From Dicyema japonicum (lineage: Eukaryota; Animalia; Dicyemida): 64,000 bases of DNA. Of this stretch, positions 25,975 through 37,392 are shown one piece after another. A model generated the notes under the pieces. The model searched no databases and was not told the DNA's origin. It saw nothing but the letters and a program-made list of their open reading frames with translations. Location: contig RDEW01000001.1 of NCBI GenBank assembly GCA_011109175.1, positions 2,049,485 through 2,113,484 of the forward strand, in the 5' to 3' direction. The position numbers and the translations under genes are program-made. Numbering within the stretch: position 1 is the stretch's first letter; each line of letters starts with the position of its first letter.

Positions 25975-26280
25975 GGCATAGTGGTTAGGTGTCGGGCTAA
26001 AGTGACTTAGGTTACGGGTTCGATTCTCGCTGCTGTTCGCCTGGTGGAAGGTTCCACGCATCTACGATGCTAAAAAGGCTTGACGAGTGACGTCGTCATC
26101 AGTGGACTCTCACTGCGGAACTGGATTGTTTAGAAAGGATTCACACACAAGAAAAAGAAAATAGAAGTTAAGATCATTCCTTGGATCTACGATTAGTTAA
26201 AATTAACTGTTCTTAAATAAAGTGTGTGTCCTGCCTATGCGGAGCTAATACCACGGCTCCGTGAAAAAGGCTGTTATTAT
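25975..26280 (+). mobile_element. Full-length tRNA-derived SINE (306 bp)
   Basis: A box TGGCATAGTGG, B box GGTTCGATTCT, 11-bp TSD TATACTAAGCT (25964-25974, 26281-26291), (TTA)n tail, four copies in the window. Confidence 0.92.
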
Positions 26281-26291
26281 TATACTAAGCT

Positions 26292-27470
26292 CTTTTATCA
26301 CAACCATTCTTATTTTCGGAGATAGAGGTGAGGGATACAATACATTCCGCAAAAACTACATACTCCCACGGACCAGACAACATTCCTGTTATTTTATTAA
26401 AAGATTTTGGAGACGGGGGAGTTACTTTTCTAACGTCGGTTTTCAAGAATTCGATTAACCAGAATGTGATACCATTATTATGAAAACAGGGCACTAATAT
26501 GGCCAATACTAAAACCAGGAAGACTTAGAGGTGATCCAGCGTCTTTTAGACTAGTGTTACTATTCCTGGAGAGGCTTGTGCTCGGGAGAATAAAAGAATT
26601 TTTATCTGAGAGGCCTTTTCAACATGGATTCAAAAATGATAGATCCACGTCTACATACTTGCAAACATTGACCGACTTCATTCGAGTCGGATTCACAACC
26701 AAGCCGAGACACTTTATAACAGTGCTCTGCTTGATTGACATACATAAAACTTTTGACTCGGTCTCGAAGAATATTATATGAGAAAAATATTTCAATCGGA
26801 GATCCCAGGAAAGCTAAAGCTTTGGATCACAAACTTCCTAAGTGGACGAAGGGGACGTGTTTGCCTCGGAGGTCTGAAATCAATCTCACGTCTCCTCCCA
26901 ACGGAGTCCCTCAAGGATCTCCTTTATCCCCTGCTCTGTTTAACCCCTTTCTGGCTGATCTCCCGACTCTTGAATCTGATAATGATGTTCTACTTTCCTA
27001 TGTGGATGATATTGTGCTCGTCGCTTATTAGCGTGCTGAGAGGAAAGGGTAGGCCGGGGGTGGGGGGTAGGATTTTAGGCAGGATCCTTTTGACGGAAAG
27101 TATAAGTTGGTCAAATTAATCCAAAGAGACGATTCCATTTGACGTTAATCTGCTCCAAGGTATCTTCTGAGTCCAAAAGTTCTTAAGTCCGCCAGATTAA
27201 AGAGTTTATGGGCGCGTTTTTTTGCATTTTTTGACATCTTAGCAAAATGGAGTTTTTTAACCCAAGAATACCAATAGTTACTTAAATCAATTATGTGATC
27301 TCGACAGCCTCAATCAGATTTCTCATCTTCTTGTGCGCTTTCTGGGATCCAACGCAGCTTCTCTGTGGACGGGATGATTTGGGGAATAGAAATTGGAGAG
27401 AGGTGATGCATACCCTTTTCATAAGACATGTCTTAGCTGTGTAATGTTGGGAGTTGCACTGTCTGCACAG
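26292..27470 (+). mobile_element. Ingi/Jockey-group LINE RT fragment
   Basis: QHGFKNDRST, DIHKTFDSV, GVPQGSPLSPALFN, YVDD. Confidence 0.85.
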
Positions 27471-27499
27471 GGCAGCAAATCTCTTCTTATTTTGTCTGA

Positions 27500-28300
27500 T
27501 AAGGTCTTCAAGTGATTAGGCGATTAGTTTTTATAGTTTGCCGAGATTACTAATAATAGTGGATGTCAAGGACTGAATGTCGCTAATTTTTTTGTTTGAT
27601 CGTTCAGGACTCTTGTAGCCTCATCATCATAGTTATCAACTTTCAGCCCATGTCTATGCTCGATTATCATGCTCTCTATAGTTTTTTTAATTGTCATTGA
27701 TTGGATGTACGCCCTTGTAGAGACATCCATGTTGAGTCTTTCCATATAGGACTTGTAGTACTTTGTTACTACTCCATCCCATGTCAAAACAATCGGAATT
27801 ATTGTCACATTGGCCTTTTGAATTTGTGCTAGTTCTCCTGCCAGAAGGTCGTATTTGTGGAGTTTTTCCACTTCAACAAGTTTTAGCAAATCTTGGAAAG
27901 TGATCCCTACTTCTATTAGTATTTTTTCGTTTTTTGATTTATCGTGTACGAAAATATCAAATTTGTTATTTTTTAACTTGTATATCCGTTTGTAGTGTTG
28001 TATCGACCAGTATTTCAACTTTACTGTTTGAAATAATCGATTGTACTGTATGCGTCTTTACCCTTTTGGTTCTTTTTATTCCAAATTGACGACATAGTTG
28101 AATACATCTTACAACTTCGTTATGTCGCCGCATATATGCACCGCTAAGCATTCTGGTACAACGTGTAGCCAGGTGATCCACACTTTTTTTGGCCATACCA
28201 CAATGACTGCAATTTGCTTTCATCTCTTCAAAGAACAGATTCCGATCCTGTATCATGCATCACATTGCTTCAGACCTTGGACTATTGTTTCCCCAGTTAC
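27500..28300 (-). mobile_element. R4/Dong-like non-LTR element 3' end (restriction-like endonuclease)
   Basis: CSHCG...VDHLATRC zinc knuckle, RRHNEVV, (P)DIFVHDK...LIEVGIT, EKLHKYDLL, IPIVLTWDG. Confidence 0.8.
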
Positions 28301-28319
28301 CATTTAATTGATTCATCGA

Positions 28320-28550
28320 TTTCAACATTCGTATTTTCAAAACACTTCAATATCATTGAATGAAGTAGTAGCGTCCCAGACCAAAGGTTTCCCCTCTTCA
28401 AATGGGAAAATTGTGATCCCATCGGGACGTTTTCCGTCTCCTCTGTCCAGGCCAACAGGTTCTAGTATGACTGGGTATCCCGCAGACTCCAGGGCTCGCT
28501 TGACAATTCCGTTGATCGCCTTGTGTCTTGGGAATCGTCCTGCACTTTTT
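28320..28550 (-). mobile_element. CRE-like endonuclease fragment
   Basis: [34 protein letters not shown]. Confidence 0.8.
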
Positions 28551-30540
28551 TGACGAGTTTATTCCTGAAGGCACGTAGATTGTCAGAAGCATTAATAATG
28601 CTCATCCCTTTCCCTTGAATTGAAAGCCTCAACTGGTTAAGACGATCGAAAATGTCAGCCAAATATGCCACAAAATAACAAAATTTGGAGATTTGAAACA
28701 ATCAAGTAGTTCAGAGTTTTTTTTCAAATAAAAAATTGTTCGATTTCAAGTCTGATAATTAAAAATCTTGTCAAAACACGACCTCTTGACAGCCATCTAA
28801 CATCGGTATGATACAAGAGAACAGTGGAGTCTGCATCATAATCAATGCATGATGCTTTGAACAGTCTATGATTCAAGACCTTCACGATTTTTACACATGA
28901 ATTTAAAACATCTTTTAACTTAGTCGGCAAAGACTTCGATACGAGTGCATGCCGATGAAGGATACAGAGAAAAACTGTTAAGAACTGTCCATGAAAATTG
29001 TCCCTATAATTTCCAATGGAATATCACGTTCATCAGAAAAAAGTCTTAATTATATGGAAAACATTTTTTGCAGAGGCTTCCGTTTCGAGGGGCTTCTGTT
29101 TCTTCCGCAATTAAATTTTACGAACAAAGCAAATTAGTTTTTTTTTTTTTTTAAGAACAAAAATTTATTAACAATAAAATATTATTTATTAACTATGGGG
29201 GAGAGCGGCTGCTGACATCACGGAGTAAGCGTTTCCGCGAATAACAGCGATACCAATTCTTTGCCTCAGCCAGACCGCTTCCCGCACGTCTTTCTTGCGG
29301 TGGGCCAATTTTCCCCCGATTTCCTTTAGGAAAGAGGCTGTAATACTTCCAGCCGCACCAGACGTCTCGATTGCTATCGGTACAAAACGGTAGCGGTCTC
29401 CAATTTCGCCATATTTTTTAATCTTGATTTTTTCGGCCAGATCGGCTGCCGATCCAGCAGACTGCGCCGAGCTGAGCATCATCGAGTTCGAGAAAGAATC
29501 CACAACAGTGCAGTCCCATACGAGCGATTTTCCCTCAGTGAACGGAAAGACAGTTAACCCATCCGGTCTTTTCCCATCTCCGCGGTCCAATCCCACAGGT
29601 TCCAATACTGCCGGGAAGCCTGCCGCTTCAAGAGCTCGCAAGACAATGTTGTTCATAGCAGCATGGCGGGGTGCTCTGCCCGCACTCCTTTTGCACGAGA
29701 GCGGGTGCAGCCCTTTGGCATCGACGATCCTTCCACAGCGACATTGGTGTTCGACGTAAACATCAGCTCCCAGGCGTTGTGCGATTCCAATCCGAATACA
29801 GTCATCGTCCAATAGGGTCCCCAGGGAGGAAGACGGGAGTGCATCCAGCCACGCTCCGCTCCCATGGTTGGCGGCGGACACGAGGCATGCAAGACGATGC
29901 TGGTTGGCCTCAGACTTTAGCACGTCGAAGATATTCTTGGAGTAAATATCATCCCAGTCACGTTGCCTCGAAGGATCGTTCGGCATATCCAAACCAGTTT
30001 CACACCATTCGCAACGAGCTTCGTCGAAGACTTTTTCCCAAGAGAGTCCGGTTGTAATACGTAGGATTTCTTGGACCAAAAGGCTTCCACTTGAGAGCGA
30101 TGACACATATGCTGGATAGGCGATCTCCAGCGCCGACCTGAGACCCGTTCCACCGAGGCGTGTAGGAAGCTTGCATTGGTTCCAACTCGGCGCATAGCAA
30201 ATTAGTTGAATGCAATTATCAACATGTGTAGATTCATCCAATTGGGTTGAAATCTTGATGCAAGAATTTTTATGTCCGAAACAACTTGTTTAAAAATATC
30301 ATCACAATTAATTCGATCTCAGATACAATTAATTGACAAAGAAATCTGCTGCAGTTTTCGAGAGGCGTCTGGACCCAGAATTGTTTTCACCATTTCCAAT
30401 GCACATGGCTTGATAAGAGTCTCTGCAATATATGTGGCTTCTTAGATTTCGCAACTTCATGTTACTTTGAATGATGCCAAAAGTAACGGTTTGTCAATGC
30501 AGATAAATCCATGCTTCGGAAGCGTTCCTTGGATATCGTG
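28551..30540 (-). mobile_element. hAT (Charlie/Buster, ZBED5/8-like) transposase remnant split by a CRE insertion
   Basis: ETLIKPCALEMV, DESTHVDNCIQLICY, LLYHTDVRWLSRGRVL, VAYLADIFDRLNQLRLSIQG. Confidence 0.9.
29140..30195 (-). mobile_element. 5'-truncated CRE-like element with an open reading frame
   Basis: LPTRLGGTGL, CRCG...H...C knuckle, KRPDG..VWD..(E)K..KY nuclease motifs, poly(A) tail, 12-bp TSD AGCAAATTAGTT (29128-29139, 30196-30207). Confidence 0.92.
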
Positions 30541-30559
30541 ACCTTTTAGCCTTCAAATA

Positions 30560-31400
30560 TTCAAGATCATTTCCTGAACGTCACGAAGCGAGTCCTGTCA
30601 ATGAAGGAGAGCAAAGAGCAGATCTGGAGATGTACAACCATCTGTGGTCCTAAGTGGAGTCCTCGAATTGACGTTAAGGTCATTTAGGACGATCATGTCT
30701 TCAAGGCCATTTGCAAAGAGTTCACCTCGGTTGTCGACAGACTGTGAAGTTAGCCACAAGGGATGACGAGCGTTGAGATCGCCACACATTAGTAAATTAT
30801 TCAGTCCGGAAAGGCGGAATATTTGGAGAACATAGGAAGTTGGACATGACCGTTGTGGAGGGGTTTACACATTGACCAACGTAATCCAGAAAGAAAGGAA
30901 TAGCTGGAACTTGATAGTGATCTGCTCCAAAGTAAGATCTGAGTTCAAAAAGTTTGTAACTTGAGGGCTTAAGTCAGTAAAGGCAATGCTGTTTCTTAAA
31001 ATAGTGAGTAAGACTCCACCGCGGCCTTTCTCCCGATCCTTACGGATCACCGTGTATCCGGGAAAGGAAGGTGTTGGAGTGGTTGGTGATAATTTGGATT
31101 CTCGGATTAGTCCAAAATTAGCGTTCATTTCTGGTAGAAGTGCCCGAAGTTCTAGGATCTTCCTTCTGATACCGTTCACATTGAGTTGTAGAATTTCCAT
31201 GAGGACCGGGATTGCTATCAATATCTCTACAAAACTTAAGTTTGGCACATAAGTCTGGGGAACCATCCCAAATGCAAGTCCATTTAGATAGGGAAGGAGA
31301 GAGACTCTTTTTGTTCTAATATTTGTCCACATTTAGTTAATCAACAGTTACCCTGACGGAGTTAGATCAGTTGCGCATGACCCTCACTTTTTTCAAAAAC
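30560..31400 (-). mobile_element. Ingi/Jockey-group LINE 5' part (APE) preceded by a 2A-like motif
   Basis: EILQLNVNGI, IRESKL, GRGGVL, CGDLNARH, SPDL; RDIDSNPGP at 31202-31228. Confidence 0.8.
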
Positions 31401-32393
31401 TAGGTTGCTGAGTCTGACAGCGTTTGGGTGAGTTGTTCAATAAACAACGTTGTGGCGACATTGATGTCACTCAGACAATTCAACCAAATCCAAGTATTCT
31501 CACATTGTTACTTTTATATTTCTTGGGGTGAGAATGACTCATTTTTTAATTTTGTATTGTCGGCCGATGAATTGTATGATTGTGGTCACACGTGTTATCT
31601 TGGGTTTATGCCCAATGCTTTTCCTAGACAATAACTCACCGTCTTCCCTAACTCTCGGAAATATTTACTCGTATTCGTGATTGATAAAACCCCATATTGT
31701 CCCATAGCAGATAGAACTCTTCTATGTTTCCAGGTTTAGATGCACTCGATCTAGCAGACAAAAGTTCGTATTTTGTCAATTCTGTGTTGATTGATGTAAT
31801 AACGTGAAGAGATATAATGTGTATAGCTTTAAGTAGGTTGGCTGAGTTTAGATTATCTATTCTTTATTCCACCAAAGATCACATTATATTTGCCCCCAAG
31901 GTGTCGATATATAAATTAGAGTATAGCTTCGTCTGCAAGATTTAGCACATTATTATCAGATTTCAGATTCCTGGACATCAAACAGCTTAAGTCTTCGGGA
32001 CGTGGAACCATGATTCATTTTAGGAATATAGTATGCCTTAGTTTAGCATAATCAAGGGCAACATAAAAAATCAGGTCAGATAAATATGTAGACATGACGT
32101 CAGCAACAATTCACCAAATTGACGGTGAAAAATTATCTAGATTCATGAGACGCTTAAATCATAAAGACGGGATACCAAAAGTATAGTTTTGGAAAAAAAG
32201 TTTTTGATAATGACTCTATACGTTGTTGCTGACAAGTTTTACTCATATCTTAGTCCTGGTTTCGCAAGAGTTTGGACTCACTAGAAAGTATTTTAATTGA
32301 TTTTTTTAAATGTGAAACTTGAGTTTTTACGGAAATTAATTTCCAAATTAATTAGTGGAGAAATTAGAATTAAACTAATTATTGATTGGTGGA

Positions 32394-35300
32394 TTATTTA
32401 AAAATGTTGGAATATGAAACATGAACCCCAATAACGAAATTGATATCGAAGAAAAGAATCCAACCTGGAAAAGACTTTTTCTACAAAATTATAAACTCTG
32501 ATACGCAAATTCGGAGCAAAATGCCACTCAAATTTATTAATTGTTGATTACAAACAAACAATTTGTTCGATGTCTGTAGGATAGATTCTATAAACTGATT
32601 CATAAAGTTATTTAATTCATGACGGACACTAAATTTTGAACTATCATAACTGTTAATCGAGCATTAATTCTATTGCACTTTTCAGATAAAAGGGCTGTAT
32701 TTCCACAATTAACATTCAAACTAGGAATAGGAGTTTTGACGTCTCGATCGGAAATTATTTCATTCTGAACATAAAAGATTATAAATTTTTTACAATTGGG
32801 TTTTGGCCCCCACATTGGAGAATTTTATCGACATATGGGATATTTTTTGAATAACACAATTCTACGACGAAAGGTTCAATGTGAGGACAAGCAACAGACA
32901 AAATCTAAGTTATCCCAAAACAGACCATAGGAACTCCCAAAAGTACACTTGACAAAATCAGAAAAATTAGAGACAGAAAAATTAAAATTCCTGAACAGCT
33001 GAGAATTATAAAGATTAAAATACAATTTTGTTATTATAAAAAAATTTTTTTTTTTAAACAAAATAATTTTTTTAACAATTAAACAAATGTCAGTTGAGGA
33101 AGCCTGCTGCGTGGATTGCGAACGAGTTCCCTCGGAGTATGGCTATTCCAATCTTTTGTCTTAGCCATAACCCTTCTCGTTGATCCCTTTTCTTTCTGGC
33201 AAGCAATCCTCCGAGTTCTCGCAAGAACTCAGCCGTCATTGGACCAACGGCTCCCGATGATTCGGTCGCAACAGGAGTAAATCGGTAGCGATCCCCGAGG
33301 CAAGAATATTTCTTGATTTTTAGGTTCTTCGCAGTCGAAGCAGCCGCTCCAGATGTCTGAACCGATTTAAAAATATTCGTGCTTGAGAACGTGTCTACAC
33401 AAGTTGCATCCCAGACCAAAGATCTTCCAGACGTGAAAGGGAAAAGGGTCATCCCGTCAGGTCTCTTCCCATCTCCTCGATCAAGACCCACTGGTTCAAG
33501 CTGTGCTGGGAAGCCTGTAGCCTTCAGAGCTCTGACGATCACATCGTTCAGAGCAGCATGACGTGGTCCCCTTCCGGCGCTTCTTCTGCAGGACAGCGGG
33601 TGCAATCCTTTCGCATCGACTGTTTTCCCGCATCGGCATCGGTGCTCCTGGCAAACGTCTAGTCCCAGCCTTTGTCCGATTCCAATCCTCATAGAATCGT
33701 CGTCCAAAAAGGTCCCGAGGTTTGGGCAAGGTATTGCACCAAGCCATGCTCCACTCCCTCTACTTGAAGCTGACAAAACAAGCCAGACGATGTTGATTTG
33801 CTTCTTTTTAAGGTCTTCCAAAATTTTGGAGCAGACAATGTTATCCCAATTACTTTGCTTTGTTGTGTCTTCGGGGATTTTGAGTCCGGACCCGTTCCAT
33901 TTCCGACAAGCTTCGTCAAATGACTCATTCCAGCGAAGTTCAATAGTGTTATTAAGGACTTGCCGTGTCAAATGTCTGCAGCTTGAGAGAGACGATAGAT
34001 ATGCCGGGTACGCAACCTCCAGCGCCGATTCTTCCGACACCCCCAAATCCAGAGGGAAGCTTACATTGTTTCCAACCAAGCTCGTCGAAGCGGACGTTAA
34101 TTAGTGACTCACAGTTTGCTTAAGAAATTTGTCAATCGAAAGTAGAATGTCGTATTGTTTGTAGCAGGGTGAACATCGGAGTATATATAAAAGCTTGGGT
34201 AGTCCGATGTTGATTCTCATCAGGATGAAAATCTGTGAGAGTCGAGACATGACATTCTTTTCGCGACGCATGTTAATTCTTCATTTTTGGAAAGCAGATG
34301 GTTCTTGAATTCATCTTCGCTGAGTGGGCATCCGAGGAAATATAATTTATCAACTGGCACAGTCGGGATTTCGGGAAGCAGTTCGTTAATAGACTCCTTG
34401 ATAGAGAAAAAGTTGGTGTACGGATATGAGACATTTATTAGCTCTGATTTGTTAACATTGATGTCCATGCCCAAATATTTTAAAGCGGGTAACGCTTTAC
34501 GTAATGAATTGTATGTTTCTTTGAACGATCCTCCAATTGTGGCATCATCGAGGTACCAAAGATTTAGCTGAGCATCAATTGATCTCACAACCTCATCAAT
34601 GGTCAGGGCAAATAAGAGAGGTCCGAGCGGATCTCCTTGTTGGACATCCGTTTTTGATTTAATAATTTCATTTTCAAAAACCAAAGACGTATCTTCCCCA
34701 TAGGATAATTGACAAGAGGGAAAAGCTTTGGAGCCCTCTTCCAACACGTTTTCATAATTTCATCTCTTCTGAGAGAATTGAAGGCATTCGTTATGTCCAA
34801 CTTGATTCCAATGCATTCATTTGAAATATTTTTCTGTGTGAAGAAACGCCTTGCTGCATGAACCGCAACCTCACATCCGTTCTGGATACTGTAGCATTGC
34901 GGAGAAGAGCAATTCTCTGGCATATTTTTGGATGTCGCCGTTAACCATTTTTCTGATTAGGTCCGTAATTGATTTGACAGGACAGCGTCAAGCTTACGAG
35001 GTGTAAGTGGACGTAAGGTCCTTAATATGGCCAGGACGTAACCCTTCCAAGCCTCCACCGCTGCTAGCGGCGAAGGAAGTTATTCCGTGGCGCACTTCGG
35101 ATTCGGTAATGATGATCTCCTGGGTTCCTTCAGGATTCAAAAACTTTTCATAGTCAGTCGGTGCATCTGGATGCTTTAGTATTAAGGTATTTAGGACCTC
35201 TGGGGTACAAGACAATACTGTGTCATCGGATGTGATAACCCGTAAGGCTGCCAGCACGTCGTCTTCCAGAAGTTTCCGGTTTACTCTCTCCTTTAGTTTG

Positions 35301-36720
35301 TTGTGGGCATCTTTGGTGAATGCTCCTCTGGTTTCGACCGCATTGGCAATAAGTGGCTGTTCAAGTATTGCGTGTATGTTATGACTGCCAAAATTCATTA
35401 TGCCTCCTTTCACTTTCCCGGTTAAATTTAGCCTGGAGTTTGTTTTTTTACACTGGTTATCAGATTCAGCCGTAGGTGTTCCGAGTGCAACAGGTGCAAA
35501 GCATATACGTTTTAGACAGGATTCCAAGCTGTCAGAAAACAGCGCGTGGTTAATGAGATCCGAAGGGTACGTTTCTGCGGCAATACGTGCTCCTTATGGG
35601 ATTTTTACTGGAATCTTCATGGCTTTCCGGAGGTTCGAGATCTTCAAAAGAATGTGGTCAGTATGTGGCAGTGTAAAGTTTGGCTGAGTTATTTTTTCCC
35701 GCCTGGGGCCTCCATTCCAATACAAGAGGGGCACAGCCAACTCGACAGCGTCTCGGCGCAAGCTTTATTCATTTTTATGCAGCCCAGATGGGCGAATGAT
35801 TCACATTGCGTGCAGTTAATCCCATATTTCCTGATATTATTATAAAAATTAAAATACAATTTCCTAGATGATACAAAATCACTAAAATTAGTGAGAAAAG
35901 TGCTCCGATTGAGTAGATTGATCTCAAAGTTGGAATTCTGAATGAATCAAAGCATTACATGTATTGTTTATCGTGGAATCAATCAGTTTTCTTGTGTCTT
36001 CGTATCGAAAAATGTCAAAGGTAGACAACTTGGTCTGTACTTCCGAAATCGGATTATTAATGCCTTTTAGGGAATTTGAGACATCACCCAAAAAGTCATA
36101 TTTTGACACAAAGATCAAGTCTTGATAGTCACCTGATTTCGAGATTGTATTAACTTGTGTTTTGATTTCTTCAATTTTAGCATCGAATGAAGTAGATATA
36201 GAATTCAAAAAGTAAGAGGATCCTATGCAATTTGAAAATTTTGTTACGCGACTCCAAATAACACTATCATTAATGTTACTTTCCGAAACTTTCCCATTTT
36301 CTTCGATCCTATAGCATAACATAAATGTAGGATAAGAACAAAGCCAATAGCAAGGGGAAGAAGTCCCCACAGTGCGACATTCTGAAATTCCATAATTTTA
36401 TTACAATTATTAGATTCTGTAGTTCTTCTTTGATGTGGGGTATAGGGAACAATTTCTGGGTGTCATCTTTTGACATTAAATGCGGCATCTTCTTGATGAT
36501 ACTATATAACTGTGCTAGTGTGCAATTCATTTTTAAGAAAATGACTAAACCAATTTCAGACCGCTAAATTTTCTTAAATATTTTTTATTAGGCCAGAGTT
36601 TGAGCTATTTCCTGAATGGAGATCATATTGAAATCTCATGGGCTTTTAGAGCAACGTGTATTTAGACCATGGATTGTTCAGGTATACTTAAGTTTTCAGT
36701 TTAGAGAATTTGTAGGTTAA
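32394..36720 (-). pseudogene. Tweety (TTYH)-like multipass membrane protein gene interrupted in an exon by a CRE element
   Basis: With the CRE and one TSD removed the frame reads SIGALFSLILVILYHLGNCILIFIILSCSGILIFLSLIFLILSSVLLGVPM-ILSVACPHIEPFV...QCGGQNPI and later C-x14-C-x5-G plus a final hydrophobic segment. This fits Tweety TM3/TM4, C....NPF and C-x14-C..G. Ends approximate; a prominin-like identity is not excluded. Confidence 0.5.
33029..35838 (-). mobile_element. Near full-length CRE-like non-LTR element with an N-terminal PHD finger
   Basis: PHD half CTQCESFAHLGC...WLCPSC, RT (KLDITNAFNSL, QQGDPLGPLLF, WYLDD), knuckle and nuclease motifs, A-rich tail, 24-bp TSD with one mismatch (33005-33028, 35839-35862). 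Confidence 0.92.
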
Positions 36721-36739
36721 TATGATCTATATAGAAATA

Positions 36740-37245
36740 AGTTAACCGAACTGGACTCTCGCCATTGAAATCTTTACAGATTAAAATGTTTTCAATGGCG
36801 GAAAGGTGAGGTAGTTGGAATGTTTATGGTTACAACAATGGAGATCGGTTTGATACGACTGTCATGTGACAGTAAATGAGAATTGTCCTGGACTTAATGT
36901 AACAGATGGTGGAATTAACGAGCAAAATGATCCTGACATCCCCTGATCGTGCAAATACGGGAATAATTTAAAGAGAAGGTCAAGACGGTGAAAAATGAGT
37001 CTTCTGAATAAGCAAAAAATTTCTACGAGAATTCAAGAAGGATGACAATTTAACCAATTTAGGAGTGATAGAAAGGTTAATGATTTAGTCGTGGATTTTC
37101 TTCAACGTCTCCTGAAAATTTAAAAAATGATTGACTTGAAGTTAGTTCAGAGTCGAAGGCCAACCAGTGAGTGAGTGCACAATAATGATGTAAGGGTTCC
37201 TTTGTTGTTTTGTTAGAGATAGCGTCAATCCTTTGCCACATGTAG
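36740..37245 (-). mobile_element. Degenerate Ingi/Jockey-group APE fragment with a 2A-like motif
   Basis: SGDVEENPRL at 37086-37115, followed by PKLVKLSSFL...LIQKTHFSPS. Confidence 0.6.
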
Positions 37246-37392
37246 ATTATTATTATTAACCCCGGATGTACTGAGATAGTGTATCATGTTTTTTACTGTT
37301 ACAGACATGGATTCCTTGAAGTTATGGGAACATTTTTTACTATTGTTGCAAAATTGTCCCACAATTTTGTCAATGTTAAAGATAGTAATCTG

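Noticed and set aside
25975-26045. Functional tRNA gene
   Set aside because: A and B boxes are present but I could not fold a cloverleaf; it continues into a repeated body with tail and TSD, so it is a SINE head.
31330-31400. HDV-like ribozyme at the 5' end of the 2A-bearing LINE
   Set aside because: No convincing P1/P2/P3 pairing found by eye.
31430-32330. Additional gene between the LINE and the Tweety-like gene
   Set aside because: Partial open frames on both strands but no recognisable motif or consistent splice path; left unannotated.
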